Shown one piece after another: positions 1 through 8,822 of a DNA stretch of 64,000 nt. Location of the stretch: positions 608,001 to 672,000 of the forward strand of contig CAWCFX010000006.1 in the NCBI GenBank assembly GCA_963795085.1, given 5' to 3'. The notes below the pieces were generated by a model that saw only the letters and a list, made by a program, of their open reading frames with translations, was not told the DNA's origin and searched no databases. The translations under genes were made by a program, and so were the position numbers. Position 1 is the stretch's first letter; every line of letters starts with the position of its first letter. Source of the DNA: an uncultured Gemmatimonadales bacterium. Lineage in GTDB: Bacteria > Gemmatimonadota > Gemmatimonadetes > Gemmatimonadales > GWC2-71-9.

Positions 1-1131
1 GAGATCGGCCTGGAGACTCAGCTGCGGTGGGGTGTGACCCGCACCGGGGTGTATGGCGAGGGGCGGTTGCATTCGGTGTCCACCTCGCTCGAGTTTCTGC
101 GTTTTCCACTCCTCTCGCCGATCGACAAGCTCCGGCTGGCCGGTACCATCCTGTACGCCTCGCGGATCCGGGACGGGCGGCCCCTGGAAGCCGTCCTGGC
201 CACCGAATGGCTGGAACGGCTCTCCGGGCGCCGCACCTTCGAACGGCTCTGGCTGCCGCTGCTCAAGAGCAAGCTGGGAGACAACTACCGGATCGCGAGC
301 GCCTCCTTCATCTGGGCCATCATTGCCCGCATGTACGGCGCCCGGCGCTCCGGGCTCAAACGCGAGATGTTCGGCTACGTCGAAGGAGGATACGATGCCG
401 TGCTCACCCGGCTGGTGTCCCATCTCGAGTCCCTGGGCGTGGGCTTCCGGCTGGGCGTGCGGGCCGGCGCCGTACACAGCACCGGCGCCGGCGCGGCGGT
501 CACGGCCGCGGACGGCACGGTCCACGAGTTCGACGATGTCATCCTCACGGTGCCCTGTTCCCGGATTCCCGCCATGGTGCCGGACCTCACCCCCGCGGAG
601 CGGGACCGGCTGGCCCGGGTCCGCTACCAGGGTGTGCTCTCCGCTTCGCTCCTGCTGCGCCGGCCCCTGGGCGGCTGCTACGTCACCAACATCACCGACC
701 CTGGCTTCCCCTTTACCGCCATCATCGAGATGACCGCCCTGGTGGACCGCGCGCGGTTCGGCGGCAACACCCTGGTGTACCTCCCCCGCTACCTCGCCCA
801 GGACGACGACTACTGGAACCGCCCCGATGCCGCGGTGCGGGAAGACTTCCTGCAGGCCCTGGAGCGGATGTACCCCGATCTCCGGCGGGACGATGTGCTG
901 GCTTTTGAAGTCGCCCGGGTCCGCGAGGTGCTGGCCGTCCCCACGCTCAACTACTCCGCCGAGTCATTGCCCGCGACGACCACGTCGGTGGACCATGTCT
1001 TCGTGGTCAATGGAGCCCAGATCGTCAACGGGACTCTCAACGTGAACGAGACCGTCGGGCTGGCGGCTCGCCAGGCCCGCGACCTCGCGGCTTGCCTCCA
1101 CAGCGGGCAGTTGGCGCCGAGCCGGTCGTGA
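1..1131 (+). CDS. FAD/NAD(P)-dependent oxidoreductase (amine oxidase/protoporphyrinogen oxidase-like), 5'-truncated by window edge
   Basis: Frame 1 is open from base 1 (EIGLETQLRWGVTRTG...). FGYVEGGY, FDDVILTVP and PFTAIIEMT segments are typical of this oxidoreductase family in polysaccharide loci. The N-terminal GxGxxG lies outside the window. Confidence 0.75.
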   Translation, partial: EIGLETQLRWGVTRTGVYGEGRLHSVSTSLEFLRFPLLSPIDKLRLAGTILYASRIRDGRPLEAVLATEWLERLSGRRTFERLWLPLLKSKLGDNYRIASASFIWAIIARMYGARRSGLKREMFGYVEGGYDAVLTRLVSHLESLGVGFRLGVRAGAVHSTGAGAAVTAADGTVHEFDDVILTVPCSRIPAMVPDLTPAERDRLARVRYQGVLSASLLLRRPLGGCYVTNITDPGFPFTAIIEMTALVDRARFGGNTLVYLPRYLAQDDDYWNRPDAAVREDFLQALERMYPDLRRDDVLAFEVARVREVLAVPTLNYSAESLPATTTSVDHVFVVNGAQIVNGTLNVNETVGLAARQARDLAACLHSGQLAPSRS

Positions 1132-2117
1132 GCGAGACCCGGCGGATGGCCAGCATCTCGCTCGACATGGACAACCTCTGGTCCTATCTCAAGACCCACG
1201 GCGATCCCGGGTGGGCAACCCGGCCCGGCTACCTCGAGCGGCTGGTGCCCCGCGCCCTCGCGGCCCTGGAGCGCTCGCGGGTTCGCTGCACCTTCTTCAT
1301 CGTGGGGGTGGATGCCCGGCGGCACGCCGCCGACGGCCTGCTCAGAACCCTGGTGCAGGCGGGCCACTCCGTGGGCAACCACTCGCACGAACACGAGCCC
1401 TGGCTGCATCGTTACGACCGCGGGCAGCTGGAATTCGAAATCGTGGAGGCCGAGGAGGCCATCGAGGCCGCCACTGGTGTCCGGCCCACCGGATTCCGCG
1501 GCCCCGGGTACAGCTGGAGCCCCGACCTGCTGGAACTGCTGGCGTCCCGCGGCTACCGCTATGACAGCTCGACCCTGCCCACCTTTCTCGGGCCGGCTGC
1601 CCGGGCCTACTATTTCTGGACCGCGCGGCTGAGCCGTGAAGAGCGGGCGCAGCGGAAAGCTCTTTTTGGCACCTTCCGGGACGGCCTCCGTCCCAATCGT
1701 CCCTATCACTGGCAGTTCGCCGGGGACGCCACGCTCCTGGAGATCCCGGTGACGGTGTTTCCGGTGGCCCGGGCTCCGTTTCACCTGAGCTATCTGTTGT
1801 ACCTGAGCCGGTGGAGCGAGGCCCTGATGGAGACGTATTTCCGGGCCGCCCTCCGGGCCTGCCGGCTGGCCCGGATCGAGCCGACCTTCCTGCTCCACCC
1901 GCTGGACCTCCTGGGCGGCGACGAAGTACCCGAACTGGGCTTTTTCCCAGGCATGGAGATCACCTCGGAGCGGAAAACCCAACTGTTCGAGCGGGCCCTG
2001 GCCATTCTGGGCGAGCACTTCACGGTGGTGGACCTGGCCAGCCACGCGGAGGCCATTCTGCAGGCCCGCGGGGTCGGGCGCCGGGAGTGCCGGGTCCGGT
2101 TCGCGACCAGCGACTAG
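1128..2117 (+). CDS. Polysaccharide deacetylase family protein (CE4/NodB-like)
   Basis: SLDMD, CTFFIVG, GNHSHEH, GFRGPG, YDSS and LLHP motifs. GTG start overlaps the upstream TGA (GTGA). Confidence 0.85.
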   Translation: MSETRRMASISLDMDNLWSYLKTHGDPGWATRPGYLERLVPRALAALERSRVRCTFFIVGVDARRHAADGLLRTLVQAGHSVGNHSHEHEPWLHRYDRGQLEFEIVEAEEAIEAATGVRPTGFRGPGYSWSPDLLELLASRGYRYDSSTLPTFLGPAARAYYFWTARLSREERAQRKALFGTFRDGLRPNRPYHWQFAGDATLLEIPVTVFPVARAPFHLSYLLYLSRWSEALMETYFRAALRACRLARIEPTFLLHPLDLLGGDEVPELGFFPGMEITSERKTQLFERALAILGEHFTVVDLASHAEAILQARGVGRRECRVRFATSD

Positions 2118-2152
2118 CCATGTCAGTCATGTACCACTAGCCCTCAGCCACC

Positions 2153-4057
2153 ATGTGCGGCATTACCGGCATCATTCACTTCGACGGCCAGCCTGCAGAC
2201 GCGGACCAGCTCCGCGCCATGGGCGCGGTCATGCGCCACCGTGGTCCGGACGATGAGGGCATCCAGCTCATGGGTTCGGTGGGGTTTCACCATCGCCGGC
2301 TTTCGATCATCGACCTGGCGACCGGGCAGCAGCCGATGACCTCGGGCCCCGCCACGATCATCTACAACGGCGAGGTCTACAACTACGTTGAGCTGCGGAA
2401 GGAACTGGAGGGGCTGGGACGCCGGTTCGCGACCGCCTCCGATACCGAGGTCATCCTCCAGTCCTATCTCGAGTGGGGGCCGGAGTGCGTCCGCCGCTTC
2501 AACGGCATGTTCGCCTTCCTGATCCACGACCGGGCCCAGCGGCGGGTGGTGGCCGCGCGAGACCACTTCGGGATCAAGCCGCTTTACCTTCACCGCTCCC
2601 CCCACACCCTGCTGGTGGCCTCCGAGATCAAGGCCCTGCTCCAGCATCCGGCCGTCGCCCGCGGCCTGGACCCCGAGGCGCTCCGGGACTACCTCACGTT
2701 CCAGTTCGTGCTGGGCGAGCAGACGCTCTTCACCGGGATCCACAAACTGGCCCCGGCCCACTACATGGTCATCCAGCTCGACAGTGGTGAGAGCACCACG
2801 GTCCGCTACTGGGAACCCTCCTTCGAGGTGGACCGGGGGCGCACCCGGGAAGGGTTCGCCGACGAGTTGCGCTGGCTGCTGGAGGACAGCATTCGCCTGC
2901 AGATGCGAAGTGACGTCCCGGTGGGTGGGTATCTCAGCGGCGGGATGGACTCCAGCCTGGTGACGGTCCTCGCCAGCCGGATCGCGCCGGACGGCTACCG
3001 GAGTTACACCGGGGCCTTCCGGGAGGGCGCCGAGTTCGACGAAACCCGGTGGGCGCGCGAGGTGGCCCGGGTCAGCGGGTCAGAATTGCACGAGGTGTAT
3101 CCCACCGCGGACGAGTTCATGGCCCTCATACCCCGGCTCATCTATTACATGGATGAACCGGTTGCCGGACCGGGGCTCTTTCCCCAGTACATGGTCACGG
3201 CCCGGGGCGCCCGCGAGGTCAAGGTGCTGCTGGGCGGCCAGGGCGGTGACGAGGTTTTCGGCGGCTATGCCCGGTACGTGGTGGCCTACCTCGAGCAGGC
3301 GCTCAAGGGCGCCATCTTCGAGAACAACGAAGAGGGGGAGCATATCGTCTCGCTGCAGTCTATCCTGCCCAACCTGCCATACCTCCAGGCCTACGTCCCC
3401 ATGATGGAGCAGTTCTGGCGGCAGGGCCTGTTCGCGCCCATGGACCAGCGATATTTCCGCCTGATCGACCGGCTGGGAGGCGCCATCGGCCTCTTCACCG
3501 GGGAGTTCCGGGACTCGTTCGACCAGGACGGCATTTTTCAGCGGTTCCAGCAGGTATTCAACCGTCCCGGGACGCTGTCCTATTACAACCGGATGACCAA
3601 TTTTGACCTGGAGACCAGCCTGCCGGCGCTGCTCCATGTCGAGGACCGGGTCAGCATGGCCAACTCGGTCGAATCGCGGGTGCCCCTCCTCGACCGCCGC
3701 ATCGTGGACCTGGTCGCCTCCGTTCCGCCCGGGCTCAAGTTCCAGGGCGGCGAGATGAAATACATCCTGAAACAGTCGGTCCGGGACCTGCTGCCGGCGA
3801 GCGTGATGGAACGGAAAGACAAGATGGGATTTCCGGTCCCCCTGCACCTCTGGGCCAGGGGTCCCTGCCGCGACTTCTTCCGCGATCACCTGCTGGACCG
3901 GCGGGCCCGGGAACGGGGCATCTTCGATCCGGCCGAAGTGGAGAAGCTGATGACCTACGAGCGCCCGTTCAGCCGCCAGCTCTGGGGCATGCTCTGCCTC
4001 GAGCTGTGGCACCGGGAGTTCCTGGACAGCCCCCAGCCACCGGCCATCCGCCATTAG
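2153..4057 (+). CDS. asnB: Asparagine synthase (glutamine-hydrolysing) family amidotransferase
   Basis: N-terminal MCGI, HRGPD, RLSIID, YNGEVYNY, LSGGMDSS, GGDEVFGGY and KMGFPVP. In this context it probably amidates a polysaccharide sugar. Confidence 0.93.
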   Translation: MCGITGIIHFDGQPADADQLRAMGAVMRHRGPDDEGIQLMGSVGFHHRRLSIIDLATGQQPMTSGPATIIYNGEVYNYVELRKELEGLGRRFATASDTEVILQSYLEWGPECVRRFNGMFAFLIHDRAQRRVVAARDHFGIKPLYLHRSPHTLLVASEIKALLQHPAVARGLDPEALRDYLTFQFVLGEQTLFTGIHKLAPAHYMVIQLDSGESTTVRYWEPSFEVDRGRTREGFADELRWLLEDSIRLQMRSDVPVGGYLSGGMDSSLVTVLASRIAPDGYRSYTGAFREGAEFDETRWAREVARVSGSELHEVYPTADEFMALIPRLIYYMDEPVAGPGLFPQYMVTARGAREVKVLLGGQGGDEVFGGYARYVVAYLEQALKGAIFENNEEGEHIVSLQSILPNLPYLQAYVPMMEQFWRQGLFAPMDQRYFRLIDRLGGAIGLFTGEFRDSFDQDGIFQRFQQVFNRPGTLSYYNRMTNFDLETSLPALLHVEDRVSMANSVESRVPLLDRRIVDLVASVPPGLKFQGGEMKYILKQSVRDLLPASVMERKDKMGFPVPLHLWARGPCRDFFRDHLLDRRARERGIFDPAEVEKLMTYERPFSRQLWGMLCLELWHREFLDSPQPPAIRH

Positions 4058-4143
4058 CCATGGGCCATGGGCCCCTCGCCACTGGGTCGAGGGCCATCGA
4101 TCCAGATCGCAATCATCAATCATCAACGACTGGCCGCCATTCC

Positions 4144-5826
4144 ATGCCCCAGCCCCTTCGCAAGATCGGCGTCATCGGCCCGGGAATCGTGGGCATGCCG
4201 ATGGCGGCACTGCTGGCCGATGCCGGCATCACGGGCGGCGACGGCCCGCCCGCCCGGGTGCTGGTGGTTCAGCGGAACTCGGCCACCTCGGGCTGGAAGG
4301 TCGAGGCCATCAACCAGGGCCGCTCGCCGATCGGCGGGGTGGAACCTGACCTCGACCGAATCGTGGCGCAGGCGCATGCCGCCGGCCGTCTCTCCGCCAG
4401 TCATGACATGGCCGATTTGCGTGACGCCGACGTGGTGCTGGTCTCGGTCCAGACCGACAAGGCGGGCATCCAGCCGGACTACGGCCCCCTGTTCGAGGCC
4501 CTCGATGGCCTGGTCCGCGCCTTTCAGGACCGCCCCGCCGGCCAGGTACCCCTCGTCATCTTCGAGTCCACGCTGGCCCCGTCCTCCATGGCCACGCTGG
4601 TGCGCGACCACTTTGCCCGGCACGGACTGGTGGACGGCCGGGACGTCCTGCTGGGGAACAGCCCCAACCGGGTCATGCCCGGCCGACTGGTGGAACGGGT
4701 CGCCGAGTCGGATAAAGTGGTGGCGGGGCTCCGGCCGGAAACCGCCGAGCGGATCCGGCAACTCTATTCCCGGATCGTCACCCGGGGCACCCTGCACGTC
4801 ACCAATTCTCTGACGGCCGAGGTCGTGAAGACGCTGGAGAACGCCTACCGGGACGTGCGGATCGCCTACTCCAGTGAAGTGGCGCGCTGGTGCGATGAAC
4901 GCGACATCGATTTCTACGAGGTGCGCCAGCGGGTCAACGAGCGGCTGGCCCAGACCGATGCCGCCACCCGGGACCCCAACGCGGTGCCCAGCGGCGGCCT
5001 GCTCATCCCCACCATCGGCGTGGGCGGCCATTGCCTGCCCAAGGACGGCATCCTGCTCTGGTGGCGGCTGCTGGAGAGTGGCGAGGACACCACCCGAAGC
5101 CTGATCCTGGAGGCACGCCGCATCAACGACGAAAGCCCCCGGGCGACCCTGGCTCTCGCCGAGCGAAAGTTCGGCCCTTTGAAAGGACGCCGCATCGCGC
5201 TCCTCGGCACCGCCTACCGCTTCAACAGCGAAGACACCAGGAACTCCCCCACGCTGCCCCTGGCACAACTGCTCCAGGAGCGCGGGGCGCTGGTCACCCT
5301 GCACGATCCCTTTGTTTACGAACGGGACCAGAATCTCCACCGCGCCGGCCTGGCAGAGCACTTCACGCGCGACCTGGGCCGAGCACTCGACGGGGCGGAG
5401 CTGGTCTTCTTCTGCACCGCCCACCGGGCCTACCTGGAGGCCCGGCTGAGGATCCTGGCCACGCCATCGCTGGCGGGGCTGGTGGACGGCTGCAATCTGC
5501 TCCAGCCGGAGCAACTGGACGGCATGGCCGGCCGGGCGACCGGGATCGGGAGGGGAAAGGCCGCACCCCCGGAGGCGGTACTTGGGGATGTCGAGCGGGG
5601 ATTTCGGATCGTGGAGACCGGCGTGGCCAACGAGGTCGCATCGGTGATCGGCTATCTCAACGAACACTATGCCGCCGACGACTACAACCGGGTCCGCTTC
5701 GCCGAGGTGCAGCGCATCGCCGCGACCTGCGTGACCGGCTGCCATATCGCGGCGCCAGGCCCGGTTGCCCCGGCCGCGTTCCAGACCGGCTTTACCTCCC
5801 GGCTGGTTGCGCGGGCAGGTTCCTGA
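4144..5826 (+). CDS. Nucleotide-sugar dehydrogenase (UDP-glucose/GDP-mannose/UDP-HexNAc dehydrogenase family) with C-terminal extension
   Basis: GPGIVG Rossmann motif, FESTLAP, KTLENAYRDVRIA, catalytic GVGGHCLPKD and DTRNSP. Start set at ATG 4144. Confidence 0.88.
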   Translation: MPQPLRKIGVIGPGIVGMPMAALLADAGITGGDGPPARVLVVQRNSATSGWKVEAINQGRSPIGGVEPDLDRIVAQAHAAGRLSASHDMADLRDADVVLVSVQTDKAGIQPDYGPLFEALDGLVRAFQDRPAGQVPLVIFESTLAPSSMATLVRDHFARHGLVDGRDVLLGNSPNRVMPGRLVERVAESDKVVAGLRPETAERIRQLYSRIVTRGTLHVTNSLTAEVVKTLENAYRDVRIAYSSEVARWCDERDIDFYEVRQRVNERLAQTDAATRDPNAVPSGGLLIPTIGVGGHCLPKDGILLWWRLLESGEDTTRSLILEARRINDESPRATLALAERKFGPLKGRRIALLGTAYRFNSEDTRNSPTLPLAQLLQERGALVTLHDPFVYERDQNLHRAGLAEHFTRDLGRALDGAELVFFCTAHRAYLEARLRILATPSLAGLVDGCNLLQPEQLDGMAGRATGIGRGKAAPPEAVLGDVERGFRIVETGVANEVASVIGYLNEHYAADDYNRVRFAEVQRIAATCVTGCHIAAPGPVAPAAFQTGFTSRLVARAGS

Positions 5827-7597
5827 CCGCCGCCCGCCCGTACACCGTCGCCACGTAGCTGGCGTGTCCCTGCCGGTCATAACGGGTGACGTACCACGCC
5901 ACCGGTGTCATCCCCCGCCGCCGCGCCTCCGCCAGGATCCGCTGCTGCTCCAGGTCCCAGGGCGGCTTCCCCGGCGGCGCCACCACGACCGCCAGCGCAG
6001 GATTGAAGCGTTCCCACCCATCGAGATTGAGATAGGAACCGGGGCCCGGCCGGTACCGGATACTGAAGGCCTGCACCCGGCTCTCGAGCGCCAGGCCATC
6101 GGCCGACGTGCCGACCACCACCCGGTCGGCCAGGGGCAGCGACCGGGTGAAATCCCTGAACTGCTCGATCGCTGTCGCGGCGGCAAACTGGGGCTGCCGG
6201 AGATAGTCCGCGAACCGGAGCGGATCGCTGATCAGAAACAGGGCGATGAACGGCCACGCCGGGAGTACCATGGGCCGGAGGGGAAATCGCTGCGCGGCCA
6301 GCCTCGCCGCCAGGGCGCCCGCGATGATCGCCAGCGCGACCAGCAGTGCCGCTGCCGCGGACCGACGGGCCGGATCCCCGGGCATCACCCCCCACCGCGG
6401 GAGAAAGACCAGGGCCTGGAGGTAGAGCCCCGTCACCAGTCCGGCCAGGGCCCCCAGCGTGAGCGCCCGCCACCGGCCGCCCCGGGCCAGCAGCGCGGAC
6501 CGGGCCGGCAGCCGAAGGCCGGTGACTTGGACGGCGGCGCTCGCCAGGAATGCCAGCGGCGGCAGCAGCAGCAGGAAACGCCGCTCCGGCTGGTACCGCT
6601 GGCTGGCCAGAAAGAGGAGACCGGCCCCCAGCCAGATCCAGCAGAACAGTTCTTCCACATCCATACGCTGCCGCACCGCCCGCCCCAGCCGCGCCACGGC
6701 GAAGAGCACGGCCGGCAGCAGCAGGGTGGCACACTGGACGAAGAATCCGTCCACCACGAATCCGAAGGCGTCCCATCCCAGGAGCGGGACCCGGCGCGCC
6801 GCGGCATGGGCTTCGGCGCCGTACACGTTGAGCAGGCTGATGCCCATCTGCTGGCTGATGGCATCCCAGTTGGGCAGGATGACCAGCAATCCCAGCACCG
6901 CCCCGGCAACCAGGACCACAGCGCCAAACCAGAGCGGTTGCCGCCACGCGAACGCCGGGCCCGGCCAGCCGCGGCGGCTCCGGAGCCAGTGCGTCAGCCA
7001 GAAGATCGCGAGAACGAGGCCCATCACCGCGGCCGACGGCTTGGCCAGCAGGGCCAGCACGAAGCAGAGCCCCGCCACCGGCCAGAGAACGGGGCGCCGG
7101 AAGGCGTGGAACAGGCACGCCACCATGCCGGTGACGCAGAGGAGCTGGAGCGATTCGGTAAGGCCCACCCGGTTGTGGGTGAGCAGCAGGTAGCTCACCG
7201 CCAGCACCAGCGCCGGGGGAAGCGCCCGGCCGATGGGCAGCCGGGCGCGAAGGCCGGCGTAGAACACCACGCAGGTCAGCACCCCGGCCAGCGCGCTCAG
7301 CATGCGGGTCTCGGCGAGTCCCAGCCCCACCAACCGGTACCATCCCTCCAGGGCCACGGTGTAGAGCGGGGCGGCGAAGAGACCCGGATTGGCCTCGTCC
7401 AGCACCCACCGGCCGAAGAGAAAATGCTGCCGGGCGTTGTGGGCCCAGGCGCCCTCGTCGGCCAGCCACCCATAGGCAAAGTCCTGTGGCGGGTCGGCCG
7501 CGAGGAACAGCAGCCGGGGCAGCACCGCCACGGCGACGATGAGCAGCGTCGCGGCCAGGTCCTGCCGCCAGGAGCCGGGCCGGCGGAACTCGGTCAT
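5792..7597 (-). CDS. GT-C fold membrane glycosyltransferase (ArnT/PMT-2-like)
   Basis: Multiple hydrophobic helices. WLADEGAW loop after the first TM carries the DE motif. GLTES and LAKPS segments. Confidence 0.75.
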   Translation of the reverse strand: MTEFRRPGSWRQDLAATLLIVAVAVLPRLLFLAADPPQDFAYGWLADEGAWAHNARQHFLFGRWVLDEANPGLFAAPLYTVALEGWYRLVGLGLAETRMLSALAGVLTCVVFYAGLRARLPIGRALPPALVLAVSYLLLTHNRVGLTESLQLLCVTGMVACLFHAFRRPVLWPVAGLCFVLALLAKPSAAVMGLVLAIFWLTHWLRSRRGWPGPAFAWRQPLWFGAVVLVAGAVLGLLVILPNWDAISQQMGISLLNVYGAEAHAAARRVPLLGWDAFGFVVDGFFVQCATLLLPAVLFAVARLGRAVRQRMDVEELFCWIWLGAGLLFLASQRYQPERRFLLLLPPLAFLASAAVQVTGLRLPARSALLARGGRWRALTLGALAGLVTGLYLQALVFLPRWGVMPGDPARRSAAAALLVALAIIAGALAARLAAQRFPLRPMVLPAWPFIALFLISDPLRFADYLRQPQFAAATAIEQFRDFTRSLPLADRVVVGTSADGLALESRVQAFSIRYRPGPGSYLNLDGWERFNPALAVVVAPPGKPPWDLEQQRILAEARRRGMTPVAWYVTRYDRQGHASYVATVYGRAAVRNLPAQPAGR

Positions 7598-8628
7598 GCG
7601 GACACCGGGGTGCGCGCCACCCCCAGCCGGTCCAGGGTCGCCTCGATCTCGGAGAACTCGGTGGCATCCACCCGAACCCGGTTCGCGGCGTCAAAGGATG
7701 CGATCGGCCGATCCGGTCCCGGCAGGCCGAGCATGGCGCCCGCCGCCATTCGGACGGTTTCCTCCGGATTCCGGCAGAATTGTTCGTAGGACACTACCCG
7801 GAAGCGGGAACCCAGCGTCTCCTGCTGACGCCGCATCAGGCCGCGATGAAATGCCACCTGGCGGCAGACCGATTCGATGGGTGATCCGGCGGAGGGGCCG
7901 GGATCGTGGAAGCCATAGGGTGTCGCCTCGTCGCCGTGGATTTCGCGGCGGGCCCGGAGCAGCGACTGGGCGAGAAAGCCGGGATCCCGGTCCAGGCAGA
8001 GGAACGAAGCCGTGGGCAGCGCCTCCGCCACCAGGTGGGCCACCGCGTTCAGGTTGTTGTTCTTCGCGACCAGGGGACGCCCGGTGAGCGATTCCAGCGC
8101 CCCGAAGAATTGGACCATTTCGCCACGCCGACCGGGTTGCAGGGCGGCGGGAATGCGGGAACGGTCGATTCCCAGCCAGCGATCCCAGAGGTAGAGGGCG
8201 TCGTTCGACCCGGCGAGCCTGCGGCTGCGGCCGTAGTAGCTGTGAAAATCGGCGGGGGGCCTCTTGATGCGGCGGCCCAGCACGGCGTTGGCGGTGAGCG
8301 GTGCCCGGGGAAACAACGATGTCAGGTTGTTGAAGTACGCCACCGGAAGGTGGCTGATGAGGACCTGGGAGACCAGCGTGGTGCCAGAGCGCGGCGGGCC
8401 GCAGACGAACAGCAGAGGGCGGATCGGCGGACCGGCCCGCCGAGTGCGCCGCCGCTCGGCGAGCGAGAGCACCAGGTCGAACGGGGTGAGCGCGAGACCG
8501 GCCAGCGCCGAGCCCATGGCAAACCGCGCGGCCGGATCCCCGGTTCGGAGCAGGCGAAACGCCAATCCGAAGGGATCGTGGAAGTGGGCCGGAACGAATT
8601 TGTGCAGGGTGGCGCGGAGGAACTGCAT
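7594..8628 (-). CDS. Sulfotransferase family protein
   Basis: PAPS-binding loop CGPPRSGTT, LDRDP 3'-PB-like segment and VSYEQFC. Start reset to ATG 8628 because the track ORF 7594..9912 reads through an intergenic repeat. Confidence 0.85.
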   Translation of the reverse strand: MQFLRATLHKFVPAHFHDPFGLAFRLLRTGDPAARFAMGSALAGLALTPFDLVLSLAERRRTRRAGPPIRPLLFVCGPPRSGTTLVSQVLISHLPVAYFNNLTSLFPRAPLTANAVLGRRIKRPPADFHSYYGRSRRLAGSNDALYLWDRWLGIDRSRIPAALQPGRRGEMVQFFGALESLTGRPLVAKNNNLNAVAHLVAEALPTASFLCLDRDPGFLAQSLLRARREIHGDEATPYGFHDPGPSAGSPIESVCRQVAFHRGLMRRQQETLGSRFRVVSYEQFCRNPEETVRMAAGAMLGLPGPDRPIASFDAANRVRVDATEFSEIEATLDRLGVARTPVSA

Positions 8629-8685
8629 GGAAGGAGTAAAGGGGGCAAGGGGGCCCAGGGGCAAGGGGCCCGGTGGGTGGAGAGC

Positions 8686-8788
8686 CAGTGGGACAGTGGG
8701 ACAGTGGGACAGTGGGACAGTGGGCAGTGGGACAGTGGGACAGTGGGACAGTGGGACAGTGGGACAGTGGGCCAGTGGGACAGTGGGC
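8686..8788. repeat. Tandem repeat, 13 copies of the 8-mer CAGTGGGA (one 7-nt unit, two CAGTGGGC variants)
   Basis: Units counted directly. Intergenic between the 8823 stop and the 8628 start. Preceded by two GGGGCAAGGGG(G)CCC copies at about 8642-8671. Confidence 0.97.
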
Positions 8789-8822
8789 GGGTCGGCACGG
8801 CCGGGAACCGCATAATGGTTGC

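Noticed and set aside
8686..8788. Repeat array as a CRISPR
   Set aside because: The 8-nt units are contiguous with no spacers, and there are no cas genes in the window.
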